Part shown: positions 1-9,765 of the stretch, in pieces
How the letters are laid out: each line of letters starts with the position of its first letter
Position numbering within the stretch: the first letter of the stretch is position 1
NCBI GenBank assembly: GCA_048941265.1
Contig: JBHLNT010000035.1
Location: forward strand, 1-30,925
Reading direction: 5' to 3'
Length of the DNA: 30,925 bases
From: Promethearchaeota archaeon
GTDB taxonomy: Archaea > Asgardarchaeota > Lokiarchaeia > Sigyniarchaeales > SOKP01
Program-made: the position numbers and the translations under genes
Notes under the pieces: generated by a model
Database searches by the model: none
Told to the model about the DNA's origin: nothing
What the model saw: the letters and a program-made list of their open reading frames with translations, nothing else

Positions 1-2226
1 ATCATTAAAAATGATCAAAAATCAGAGAAAAGGGAATTTATACAAGATTTAACTGAATTACCCTTTATTCCAACAACCAAAGGTTTAAAAAGACCAAATG
101 AGGTGTATTTGCAACTGGAAAAAATTACTGAGTTGCTTGAAGATTCAGTCCCTTATCCTCTAATTAACATTCCTGATAAACTAGTTAAAAAATTAAGAAT
201 AAACGAAAATCCAATTCCTGAAGATGTAGCTATATACTTATTGGATAATTTAATAAAAGACAAATCTCTTATTAATAAAAATTTTGATAAAATTATAATT
301 AAAAAAAAGTTTGATAAGATCTATTCCTATCTTGGACGAGCGGAAAATTTTAATAGGTTAAAAATTGATACCATAAAAAAACTACTTAATAAACCTATTG
401 TATATCTCCCCAGATACCACTGTTTCGAAAAAGCTTCAAAACTCATCTTATATTCAAGGGAAGCTGAGATGATATATGGAGATAAGAGGAATTTAATAAA
501 ATACTCTGAATATCCGAATAGTTTAAATTTCTTTAAAAGAATAGGTGTGAAAACCTCTATTAATACTGATGACATTGCGGATTATTTAATAGATTATATC
601 ATTCAGGGGAAAATTGAAACTCGAAGACTTTTTATGCTATATCATATCTTAGGACAACGCTATAAATTTCTACGCAAAAGACAAAAATTAAGATTAAAGA
701 AGGCTAAAATTATACTGTGTGATGATTTAACATCTTTCGAATATGTAGATAAAATTTTTATCCCTGATGAAAAATCTTATATAGAAAAATTCCCGTCAAT
801 TAAAGTGAGTGTTATAAATGATAAAATTATAGATTTTTTAGAAAAAATAGGCGTAAAAAAAGTTTCCGAAGTAGTCATCAAGAAGATAATGTTCTCAGGA
901 GAAATTAAGGGATCGCAATACTCTAATACGTTATCAATGAAAGTCGAAGAACTTATACCCTTCATAGAAACTATTGTAAACGAAAGTAATGTTTCTTTAG
1001 ATAAAAATTGGAAAATCCGAGTAAAAAGAATAAATTACTTGATCTGTGAACATATTTTTCATGAACTTCAATATAAAAATAAGAAGAGTAGGATTCAAGG
1101 CAAAACTGTCGAATATGATTCAAATAAAAATATTATTGGAATAATTAAGGATATCTATAAAAAGAATCCAACAAAATTTTTGATAGATTTTTCAAAAGCA
1201 ATCGCATATTGCTTATTTATTGGAAGTGTTCCAAAAGCTAAATTAATAAGCCCTTTAATAGAAAAACTATTGAATTCCGAAAATAAGATTCAGACATTAA
1301 AAGAATTGGGATACTCTACTTTTAAATTAGAAGTTAAAAAACTTAAAGTCCCTAAAGTAAAATTAAATTTAACCGAGATTACAAAATCTGAATATGATGC
1401 TCCAAATTTAAAGAATGATACATTTCTTTATCAAGATTTACCAAAAATCTCTAAAACTCAAAAATTAGAGCCTTATTCATGGACTCCCAAGAAGTTTAAT
1501 ATAATCAAAGATGATGGTGTAATCGAAAATCAAAAAAAATTTATAAAAATAAGCAGAAATCAATTAATTAGTCGAGAGGAGCAGGTTAATATTATCATAA
1601 AATCACCACCATCTCAAAATAAAATGGCTAGTTTTATTAACCAGCAAATTGAAGAGAATTTCAATTTTAACCATAAAAAAATTTCTAATTACTACAAAAT
1701 TGATCGAAGTATTAAAAAAATGTTAAATGGGAAGAGGAAAACTCTTTACAAATCAATGCAGTTCCCAGGAAGAGCAGAATTCGGTGGTTTGGACATAATT
1801 CCTCCCATTCCAAAATTATTAATTGAAAATCATAACGGATTTCAATATTACATTCAAGAAAATCTAAAGATTAATGTTGATACCGAAATTCTCAGAAAAT
1901 TTAAAAAAATGCTGCAATTTATAACCACAATGATGGGCGGAAATCCTGATACGGTTTCTATTGCTCTATTCAATGCACCAATTGAAGCATTTAATTATCA
2001 AGGACAAATGCTATTCAATTATTTATTAATGGTTGATGAAGATCTTGAAGCTGAATACCCCTTATTTTTGATATGGTTAATGATCGTTGCCCATGAACTT
2101 AGCCATAATCTAATTTCTAGTCACAATCAACTCCACTCTAAATATATGATGATTTTTACACTCAATGCACTAAAAAATTTGGAAAGTATTAAGGAAAAAT
2201 ATAATTCACTGTTTAGTAATAATTAA
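1..2226 (+). CDS. 5'-truncated large sacsin/NO VEIN-like (possibly DUF3684-like) protein with C-terminal HEXXH zinc-metallopeptidase-like module
   Basis: Frame is open from base 1 (IIKNDQKSEKREFIQDLTELPFIPTTKGLKRPNEVY...), so the ORF-track start at 103 is internal. Repeated motifs LPFIPT..P.EVY and FFKRIGVK/FLEKIGVK resemble sacsin-type repeats. C-terminus reads AFNYQGQMLFN...WLMIVAHELSHNLISSHNQLH. Confidence 0.6.
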   Translation: MIKNDQKSEKREFIQDLTELPFIPTTKGLKRPNEVYLQLEKITELLEDSVPYPLINIPDKLVKKLRINENPIPEDVAIYLLDNLIKDKSLINKNFDKIIIKKKFDKIYSYLGRAENFNRLKIDTIKKLLNKPIVYLPRYHCFEKASKLILYSREAEMIYGDKRNLIKYSEYPNSLNFFKRIGVKTSINTDDIADYLIDYIIQGKIETRRLFMLYHILGQRYKFLRKRQKLRLKKAKIILCDDLTSFEYVDKIFIPDEKSYIEKFPSIKVSVINDKIIDFLEKIGVKKVSEVVIKKIMFSGEIKGSQYSNTLSMKVEELIPFIETIVNESNVSLDKNWKIRVKRINYLICEHIFHELQYKNKKSRIQGKTVEYDSNKNIIGIIKDIYKKNPTKFLIDFSKAIAYCLFIGSVPKAKLISPLIEKLLNSENKIQTLKELGYSTFKLEVKKLKVPKVKLNLTEITKSEYDAPNLKNDTFLYQDLPKISKTQKLEPYSWTPKKFNIIKDDGVIENQKKFIKISRNQLISREEQVNIIIKSPPSQNKMASFINQQIEENFNFNHKKISNYYKIDRSIKKMLNGKRKTLYKSMQFPGRAEFGGLDIIPPIPKLLIENHNGFQYYIQENLKINVDTEILRKFKKMLQFITTMMGGNPDTVSIALFNAPIEAFNYQGQMLFNYLLMVDEDLEAEYPLFLIWLMIVAHELSHNLISSHNQLHSKYMMIFTLNALKNLESIKEKYNSLFSNN

Positions 2227-2247
2227 TTGTTTTTTGCTTTTTTTTTT
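2227..2247 (+). terminator. putative archaeal oligo(T) terminator
   Basis: Two T runs (ttgttttttgctttttttttt) directly after the TAA at 2226. Confidence 0.45.
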
Positions 2248-2313
2248 AAAATCAAAAGATTAGTAAATTATAAAGTATTTTACCAAAGAAAATACTGATG
2301 CCTCATTTTAATT

Positions 2314-3231
2314 ATGGTAGCCATCTCCCATTCAGAAAAAAAGATTCTCGCGATTCTATTATTAATAATAACTTCAATCTTATGGGGATCAACATTTATT
2401 ATTACTAAAACAGTTACTAAAGAAGTTCCAATTTTCTTATATCTCGGATTAAGATATGTAATAGCTCTCATTGGATTTACTCCATTTCTTATTCACATAA
2501 AGAGAATAAATAGGGAAATTATATGGATGGGAATTATAAGCGGAATCATTTATTATTTCGCCATTACTTTCCAGACCATAGGACTTCAAACAACATCTGC
2601 AGGGAAAGCAGGATTTATTACTGGACTAAATTGCGTGATGGTTCCATTTTTAGCTTGGACTATTTTTAAGAAAAAAGAGATTAATATGAGAATATGGATT
2701 GCAGGTGTTTTATCAGTTATAGGTATGGCTTTTCTATTAATAGAGGGAAATGCCGAAGTAATTATAGGTGATATATTAGTATTGATTTGTGCTGTATTTT
2801 GCGCACTTTTCATTGTTTTTAATGATAAATATGTCCATGCAGTTGATGTTTATCTTTATTCCATTATTCAATTAGCAACATTAGCGTTATTATGCCTTGG
2901 TAGTTCGTTATTATTAAATGAATCCTATGATTTAGTTAGTGCGAATATGAATTTTTGGTTTATAATGATATATATTGGTCTGATAGTGACCACATTGACA
3001 TTTTTATTTCAGAATTGGGGCCAACAATATCAAGGACCATCTCAGACGGCTATTATTTTTACACTCGAGCCCGTCTTTGCAATAATATTTGCAAGTTATT
3101 TAATTGGAAACGAAGTTTTATCATTACAAGTTTGGATTGGATGTGGACTGATTTTTATTGCTATTCTAATAACAGTCATCAAGAATGAGGATTTAAATTC
3201 TAGATATAATGAATCTTCAGAAATAATTTGA
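2314..3231 (+). CDS. EamA/DMT family transporter
   Basis: About 10 hydrophobic helices in two repeats, with motifs LWGSTF, GLQTTSAGKAGFITG, GDILVL, and TAIIFTLEPVFA. Confidence 0.93.
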   Translation: MVAISHSEKKILAILLLIITSILWGSTFIITKTVTKEVPIFLYLGLRYVIALIGFTPFLIHIKRINREIIWMGIISGIIYYFAITFQTIGLQTTSAGKAGFITGLNCVMVPFLAWTIFKKKEINMRIWIAGVLSVIGMAFLLIEGNAEVIIGDILVLICAVFCALFIVFNDKYVHAVDVYLYSIIQLATLALLCLGSSLLLNESYDLVSANMNFWFIMIYIGLIVTTLTFLFQNWGQQYQGPSQTAIIFTLEPVFAIIFASYLIGNEVLSLQVWIGCGLIFIAILITVIKNEDLNSRYNESSEII

Positions 3232-3267
3232 AAAAATCCATAGAAAAATAAATTTGGTAATTATTAT

Positions 3268-5163
3268 TTGAAACAAAATAAATACAGAATTGGAAATTTA
3301 AACGTTAAATCTGAGGTTGTAGAAGTTAGAAATTTAGTAAATCTATCATTCAATTTTAGTATAGAATTCGATTTACCAAAAGACTCATCTTTAATATTTA
3401 GGCTGAGGGGAGGTAGAAACAATAAAAATGATTGGTATTATTTGCAACCATATGATCATAATTTAAATGGATATGTTACTCTTAATTTAGACCCCCCCGT
3501 CAAAACAAATCCTATCCTTATTACTGGAAAAGATTTATTAATAAAATATTTAGTGTGTGATAAAAGAGGCATAAAAAAGGATACTAATTTAAAGCTCAAC
3601 ATTTACAATACTTTAGTTCAATCCTTAGTCGAACAATACAAAAAAATCGAAATTTTGATTGAATTTCCCAACAAAAGCCCTATTCTGATAGAAAACTCTC
3701 CCACAATAAATGTTATGAACAAAAAAAATTTTGACCATATTACAATAATTAGTCCATCTTTAGTCGCTGTTAATGAAGAATTCAAGATTCTAATTAGAAT
3801 TGAAGATCAATTCAAAAACCTTGTAAAGAATTTTAATAGTAAGGTTCAATTATTTGAAATTTTAACCCCTAAAAAAAGGAATTTATTAAATGAAGTTAAA
3901 TTTAATGAAAAAGATAAAGGGCTTTTTATAATAAGTGGCTTAAAATTTTCAAAATCAGGTATATTTTATTTTGAGGTTGCATCCAATCATCAATCTTTTA
4001 AATCGAATCCAATTATTTGTAGAGAAAAACCATTAGAAAAACGATTATATTGGGGGTATATTCATGGTCATTCACTCAAAAGTGACGGTATAAGGGAGCT
4101 AGAAGAATATTTCGATAATATGATAAATGCTGGATTAGATTTTGGTACTGTCACTGAACATGATCATTTATGGGAAACTTCTAATGAAGATTTTGAAGAC
4201 ATAAAAAAAAAGGTTAAGAAATATCATAAAGATTATGAATTTGTATCCCTCTTTGGATATGAATGGGGTACTTGGTATTCGGGATATGGGGATATTTGTA
4301 TTTATCATAATGATGATTCTATACCAATATTTAGATCCGAACTCAATAAGTACAATTCTACACGAAAGTTAATTAAAAACTTAAAACCTTATAAGGAAAA
4401 GGTTTTAATGATTGCCCATCATACTGCTTTAAGACCAGGATATCGAGATTGGACATATTTTGACAATTCACTTGAAAAATTAGTAGAAATATATTCCACT
4501 TGGGGCAACCAAGAATACCCTTCTATAAAGGGTAATCCACTCCCCCCTAGATATAAGTTTTTCGGATATGGAAAATATGCCAGAAAAAGGGGGGCTGTTT
4601 TAGAAAAAAGAGACTCTTTTGTTTCAGATGCTCTTAAAAGGGGATACAAACTGGGGTTTGTTGCAGGAGGTGATGATCATTTCGGGATTTATCCGTCGGG
4701 TTCAATCGATCCAGACAATGGCATTTATCCTTCAGGTATTATGGCTGTGTGGGCTGAAAAACTCACTAAAGAATCTATCTGGAAAGCTCTTCACAATCGC
4801 AAGTGTTATGGGACAACCGGGGCTCGAGTAATTATTGAATTCTTCATAAATAATCATTTTATGGGAGATATCATAGATATAGAAAAGGACCTTTATCTAA
4901 TTTCCGAGAGAAAAATTAGGGGTTCAGTCTATAGCGATATTCCTATTATAAAAATCGAATTAATTAGAAATAATTCTATTATTGACTTTAAAGTAATAAA
5001 TCATGAGAAAGCTACATATGAGTTTGTTGATTCTAATTTATTTTATGATATTGCCCTAAAACATACTCAAAAAAACGAATTATTTATTTTTTACTATATG
5101 AGAGTGTTTCTTTCCAACAATATGGCATGGTCAAGTCCAATATGGTTGATTAAGAATTTATAG
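3268..5163 (+). CDS. PHP-fold metallohydrolase (DUF3604/CehA-McbA-like) with N-terminal beta-rich domains
   Basis: YWGYIHGHS..SDG, GLDF..VTEHD, GYEW, VEIYSTWG, GFVAGGDDH, ALHNRKCYGTTG and terminal AWSSPIW. TTG start. Confidence 0.8.
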   Translation: MKQNKYRIGNLNVKSEVVEVRNLVNLSFNFSIEFDLPKDSSLIFRLRGGRNNKNDWYYLQPYDHNLNGYVTLNLDPPVKTNPILITGKDLLIKYLVCDKRGIKKDTNLKLNIYNTLVQSLVEQYKKIEILIEFPNKSPILIENSPTINVMNKKNFDHITIISPSLVAVNEEFKILIRIEDQFKNLVKNFNSKVQLFEILTPKKRNLLNEVKFNEKDKGLFIISGLKFSKSGIFYFEVASNHQSFKSNPIICREKPLEKRLYWGYIHGHSLKSDGIRELEEYFDNMINAGLDFGTVTEHDHLWETSNEDFEDIKKKVKKYHKDYEFVSLFGYEWGTWYSGYGDICIYHNDDSIPIFRSELNKYNSTRKLIKNLKPYKEKVLMIAHHTALRPGYRDWTYFDNSLEKLVEIYSTWGNQEYPSIKGNPLPPRYKFFGYGKYARKRGAVLEKRDSFVSDALKRGYKLGFVAGGDDHFGIYPSGSIDPDNGIYPSGIMAVWAEKLTKESIWKALHNRKCYGTTGARVIIEFFINNHFMGDIIDIEKDLYLISERKIRGSVYSDIPIIKIELIRNNSIIDFKVINHEKATYEFVDSNLFYDIALKHTQKNELFIFYYMRVFLSNNMAWSSPIWLIKNL

Positions 5164-5326
5164 AATAATTTACCATTTATCACAAGAGATTAAATTTTGG
5201 TAGAGGGAATAAAAGTTATGCGATATTCTTGATCATTAAATTAAAAATTTAAATTATAAATAGTTACTTACACAAAATTATTTATAGAAATTCTATCTAT
5301 AATAAAAAAACATTAAAACTTGAAAC

Positions 5327-5860
5327 ATGCGAACGGCTACCTTTAAAATTTGCATTTTTGGAAGTGGCGGGGTGGGAAAGACCACTCTTATTCAACGATA
5401 TGTTACAGGTCAATTCAGCCAGAGTACGAAAATGACGATCGGGGTTGATATCGTTTCTAAAAAGGTACAAATAGAAGACTGGTTTGTCACTCTGCAGATA
5501 TGGGATTTCGGGGGTGAAGAACGTTTTAGATTTTTCTTACCTGCATATGCCAGAGGATCCTTTGGAGGCATTTATATGTATGATATTACACGGTATACTT
5601 CTTTAATGGATTTAGATGAGTGGTTATCTGTGTTCAAGAAAGGATGTGGATATGATCTTAACCCAATTCCTATATTAATGGTTGGCGGAAAATTAGATCT
5701 TGCGGAAGGACGAGCAATTCCTTTTGAACAAGCTTTTAGTTTTGCCCAATCTCGTCATATTTATAAAATTATTGAATGTTCTGCCAAAACAGGTCAAAAT
5801 GTAGAGTCAATTTTTACAGAAATTACTTCTAGAATAATGAAAAATATGTCCCTGATTTAA
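5327..5860 (+). CDS. Rab-like small GTPase (Ras superfamily)
   Basis: G1 GSGGVGKT, G2 TIGVD, G3 WDFGGE, G4 GGKLD, G5 CSAK. No C-terminal Cys prenylation motif. Confidence 0.93.
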   Translation: MRTATFKICIFGSGGVGKTTLIQRYVTGQFSQSTKMTIGVDIVSKKVQIEDWFVTLQIWDFGGEERFRFFLPAYARGSFGGIYMYDITRYTSLMDLDEWLSVFKKGCGYDLNPIPILMVGGKLDLAEGRAIPFEQAFSFAQSRHIYKIIECSAKTGQNVESIFTEITSRIMKNMSLI

Positions 5861-6039
5861 AATATCTAATTTTAAACATTTTATATTTCTACTTTCTAAG
5901 TTATATATTGGATATATTGGCTATAATATATTTTTTAATAAAATATAAGTAAATTATAAATAAATTTTAAATCATAACTTATATAAAATATTAGATAGAA
6001 ATTTATCTAATAATTGGGATTGAATGAGGATTTAGTAAA

Positions 6040-6573
6040 GTGCGAACCGCGACATTTAAAATATGTCTTTTTGGAGATGGAGGTGTTGGAAAAACAACCC
6101 TTACCCAAAGATATGTGAGCGGTCGTTTTGATAAGAGCACAAAAATGACAATTGGGGTCGATATTGCTACTAAGATTCTAGAAGTCAGGGATTGGAAAGT
6201 AACTCTCCAAATATGGGATTTCGGAGGTGAAGAACGTTTTAGATTTTTCTTACCCGCATATGCCAGAGGTTCATTCGCAGGGATTTTTATGTATGACATT
6301 ACCAGATATAGTACTTTAATGGATTTTGACACATGGATGGATGTTTTTCAAAAAGGGATAGATTTTAAATCGAAGGCGATTCCTATCATTATGGTTGGAG
6401 GAAAGATAGATCTCGACCATAAGAGGGGTGTTTTTTATGATGAGGCATTTAATTTCGCGCTCTCAAGAAATATTTTCACTCTTATAGAATGTTCTTCGAA
6501 AACTGGGGAGAATGTTGAATTAATCTTCAAACTAATCTCCCATATAGTTATGAAAGAAATGGATTATATTTAG
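6040..6573 (+). CDS. Rab-like small GTPase, tandem paralog of 5327..5860
   Basis: G1 GDGGVGKT, TIGVD, WDFGGEERFRFFLPAYARG (identical to the upstream paralog), GGKID, CSSK. GTG start, same length (177 aa). Confidence 0.93.
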   Translation: MRTATFKICLFGDGGVGKTTLTQRYVSGRFDKSTKMTIGVDIATKILEVRDWKVTLQIWDFGGEERFRFFLPAYARGSFAGIFMYDITRYSTLMDFDTWMDVFQKGIDFKSKAIPIIMVGGKIDLDHKRGVFYDEAFNFALSRNIFTLIECSSKTGENVELIFKLISHIVMKEMDYI

Positions 6574-6663
6574 ATAAAGATAAGACCTATCCTTCCAATT
6601 GGAATTCTTAATATTCTATGAATTAATCTATTTATTAAATAAATCCAAAAAAATAGAATCAAT

Positions 6664-6987
6664 ATGTCAGATAGAATGCCAAAATGTAGAATTACTATCA
6701 TTAAGAGAATGCTAAATGAAGATTTAATTAATGAATATATCATTGAGGAATACAAGGGAATGAGCAAATGCGAGTGCTTTGAAGACGGTCAAGAATTCAT
6801 TATTGACCCTAATTTAGCAAAAGTACCAGAGGGTTTTTGTCACTGGGCATGGGCAGATATCCGTAATGAGATTAATTTAATAGCTTCTGGTGGAAATATC
6901 TTCGGGATGAGACAAAAAGGAACTGCTATAACAGCTTGTACCGATTGGTTCAGGCCTGTTTATTTCAAGATTCAGAGACTAGAATAA
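6664..6987 (+). CDS. TIGR04076-family small Cys-containing protein
   Basis: CRITIIKR...CECFEDGQEF...PEGFCHWAW...ACTDWFRPVYFKIQR matches my recollection of this family. Confidence 0.75.
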   Translation: MSDRMPKCRITIIKRMLNEDLINEYIIEEYKGMSKCECFEDGQEFIIDPNLAKVPEGFCHWAWADIRNEINLIASGGNIFGMRQKGTAITACTDWFRPVYFKIQRLE

Positions 6988-7083
6988 GCTAAAATTTTGA
7001 GATACACTCCTTGATATTTTTCTATAAAATTGATTATATCTTAGTAAAAAATTTTAGAGGAAATGCGAGCCCTTAAGAATTAA

Positions 7084-7641
7084 TTAACTTTTCTTAAAGA
7101 TATAAGCATTCATCTTCCCAAGTTCTAATATGTTTAATTTTAAAGGTAAATTTTTAGCGAAATCTCTAGGATCCACCGCATCTGCATGAGATGGAAAAGT
7201 CTTTCGAATTTGTTCAATACCTTCGGGAGTAAATTCTAATATAATGATTATACCATTTTCTTTAACTACTCTGCAGAATTCTTTTAAAGCAGAAATCTTA
7301 TCCTTTATATGGTGAAAAGACGCGTATACAAATATTGCATCAAATTCTGTATTAGCAAAGAGTAGCTTTTCCGCATCAATATATCTAAATGTAATTAAAT
7401 TTTCAACTCCAACTTTCTTCGCTGACGTACGCCAGTCTGCCCAATCATCACCCTCGGGTTCCCCTGTGATGACATGATATCCTTTCAAGGCAAGTAATAT
7501 TGCCATAGTTCCTTGCCCTGTCCCAATATCCAATATTTTTGCATTTTTTTTCAGATTAATGGTTTCTATAACTTTGTTTATAACATTCGCATTACGACCT
7601 ACTTCTTTCCCTAAAATTCCTAAAGCTTTTTCTAAATTCAT
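7084..7641 (-). CDS. class I SAM-dependent methyltransferase
   Basis: ILDIGTGQG motif I, DAEKL.F...FDAI, and HHI.D...LKEFCRVVKENG. Confidence 0.9.
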   Translation of the reverse strand: MNLEKALGILGKEVGRNANVINKVIETINLKKNAKILDIGTGQGTMAILLALKGYHVITGEPEGDDWADWRTSAKKVGVENLITFRYIDAEKLLFANTEFDAIFVYASFHHIKDKISALKEFCRVVKENGIIIILEFTPEGIEQIRKTFPSHADAVDPRDFAKNLPLKLNILELGKMNAYIFKKS

Positions 7642-7820
7642 ATTTCACATCCTTATAAAATAAGATCTCTAACTTTATGCTAATGAAAGTATTTCAAAAT
7701 ACTTTTGTTTATCAGTAAAAAAATAGCCACATTTAAATATAAGATCGATCATACGTTTATTAGTAGTAATACTAAACATAATATAAAAAATATTAATTTC
7801 GTCGGGTTGATAAGAAGAAT

Positions 7821-7934
7821 ATGTGTTATTTTGATGTATATCGCAAAAAAGAATCATTCTATTCTAAAGAAGAACTACCCTTAGAAGAGATTCCTGTGGA
7901 AGAAGTAATACAGGAAGCTGAAAATGCAAATTAA
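7821..7934 (+). CDS. putative 37-aa acidic microprotein
   Basis: Manual translation MCYFDVYRKKESFYSKEELPLEEIPVEEVIQEAENAN*. A TATA-like atataaaa lies ~40 nt upstream and long T tracts follow directly. Below the ORF-track cutoff. Confidence 0.5.
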   Translation: MCYFDVYRKKESFYSKEELPLEEIPVEEVIQEAENAN

Positions 7935-7940
7935 TCTTAA

Positions 7941-7965
7941 TTTTTTTTACTTTTTTTATTTTTTT
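7941..7965 (+). terminator. putative oligo(T) terminator
   Basis: Three consecutive T runs of 7-8 nt just after the 7821..7934 stop. Confidence 0.45.
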
Positions 7966-8245
7966 ATGGTCATAAAAAATTTTTATTCATAATTATTAGT
8001 ATAGTAATAGTATGAATGAGGTTAATATTATTTCAATATGGCGGAGTAATCTACATTAAAAGAATATGTCGGTTAAATAGGGTAAAACTTTTTACGAGAT
8101 GACCGCTAATATTTACAAATTTTTTGATCAAACAAACATTTAAATAAACGGCGAACTATTATTTTTATATATTCTAGGTATAAAAAATATATAAAATCAA
8201 ATTTTTACTAAAAATAAAGTAGTTATTTCACGGGAGTTACGTTTT

Positions 8246-8407
8246 ATGGCCGCACCAAAAACAAAATCACAAACAAAGATATTAATATCTAGTTGTGATA
8301 AGTGCGGCAGTGTAATGGTTGAGAGGATGCTTGCGATAAGAAATTCGAAAGCATTTATTAAGATACTACAATGTAAAGTTTGTAGACATTGGAAAAAAAT
8401 TAACTAA
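8246..8407 (+). CDS. 53-aa zinc-ribbon microprotein
   Basis: Manual translation MAAPKTKSQTKILISSCDKCGSVMVERMLAIRNSKAFIKILQCKVCRHWKKIN*. Contains CxxCG-x21-CxxC. SD-like gggag at 8232-8236. Confidence 0.75.
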   Translation: MAAPKTKSQTKILISSCDKCGSVMVERMLAIRNSKAFIKILQCKVCRHWKKIN

Positions 8408-8581
8408 TTTTACAAACCATTCAAATTTCTGAGGATAAAAGCAAAAATTCTTGACTTTTAGGTCAACAATCTTTTTAAATCCTAAAAATAACATAAGATT
8501 ATATTAGATTGCATTTTACATTTATAAGCTTAAACAAGAGATTTCCAATTTCAAGATGATTTTTAAATTATTATTACAGGG

Positions 8582-9646
8582 TTGAATAAGAAAACGCTTT
8601 CTCCAATAGGATGGCTAAATAGCCTTACAGGTTCGTGTGTTGTGATCTTTGGTTGTATGTTTGGACTTTATTTCATGTACAAATCTAAACAATCTAACGC
8701 CAAGCTATTATTTTTTACAGGAATTTTAACGATCTTTGTAAGTCTTCTATATTTAGGACAATTTATTGATTTTTTAGCAATTCTAATTACCGGAGAGAAT
8801 TTACATCCATATCAGCTATATGCAATCTTATGTTATATATGGGTTGCTCCAGCCGTGATTTTCGGTTTCTATTTAGGAGCTGAAATAATAATTCCAGAGA
8901 GAAAAAAAGTTATCGTAATAATATACACTTTTATAGGGATTATTTTTGAAGTGTTTTTATTTTTAGATACGAATAATTCCTTTATTTTCAGACTCCCTGC
9001 TCATCCAGGAGAAGATATAATTGATGTAAATTTCAATAGAACTTCTCCAACATTCATATTAATTGTCTTTTTCTTACTTTCTGCTTTAATTTTCAATGGC
9101 GTTGGATTTATTTATAAAAGCTTTCAATCAACTGGAATAATAAGGAAACGATTTTTGTTTTTATCAATTGGATGGATAATGTTTGTACTTGCAGGAGCTC
9201 TTGATTCTTTAACATCACCGGGAATTGGTCTATTTTTAGTAAGAATTGGAATGCTAAGTAGCTCTTGGTTTTGGTATTTTGGCTTAAGGGAGGAGAAGGT
9301 TAAGGCAATTGAAATATCTAATAAGAAGTCAATGTCCGAGGAGTCTGATATAACGTTAATAGAAAGACTTTCTTTGTTACACGATGAGCAACTTTCAGAA
9401 AAGGATGTTAATTTATATAGAGAACAAATTATTTGTTTAGTATGTAAAGGAGACGCATTAGGATTTGTTTATATTTGTCCAGATTGTAAAGCTTTATATT
9501 GTGAAAAGTGCGCACGATCTTTGATTGATTTGGAAAATGCCTGTTGGATATGTAACTGTGCTATTGATAAATCAAAACCCGTCAAAATCTATAAAAAAAA
9601 GGAAATTGAAGATTTTAAAAAGCAAAAGAATAATCTTAAAAACTGA
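8582..9646 (+). CDS. 7-TM membrane protein with C-terminal C4C4 RING-like zinc finger
   Basis: Seven hydrophobic segments in aa ~10-235. CLVC-x10-CPDC-x4-CEKC-x10-CWIC at nt ~9434-9553. Confidence 0.8.
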   Translation: MNKKTLSPIGWLNSLTGSCVVIFGCMFGLYFMYKSKQSNAKLLFFTGILTIFVSLLYLGQFIDFLAILITGENLHPYQLYAILCYIWVAPAVIFGFYLGAEIIIPERKKVIVIIYTFIGIIFEVFLFLDTNNSFIFRLPAHPGEDIIDVNFNRTSPTFILIVFFLLSALIFNGVGFIYKSFQSTGIIRKRFLFLSIGWIMFVLAGALDSLTSPGIGLFLVRIGMLSSSWFWYFGLREEKVKAIEISNKKSMSEESDITLIERLSLLHDEQLSEKDVNLYREQIICLVCKGDALGFVYICPDCKALYCEKCARSLIDLENACWICNCAIDKSKPVKIYKKKEIEDFKKQKNNLKN

Positions 9647-9765
9647 AGATTAATCACTCTAGTGTAATTTTAAAATAATGTTTTTATGTTGAATATGACT
9701 ATTTACTTAAGAACAAACAAAATGAGTGAAGATCAATCTCATCTTCAAAGAAAATGTGAAAATTA

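Noticed and set aside
7675-7857. 60-aa - strand ORF
   Set aside because: Spans a divergent promoter region and overlaps the better-supported + strand microprotein.
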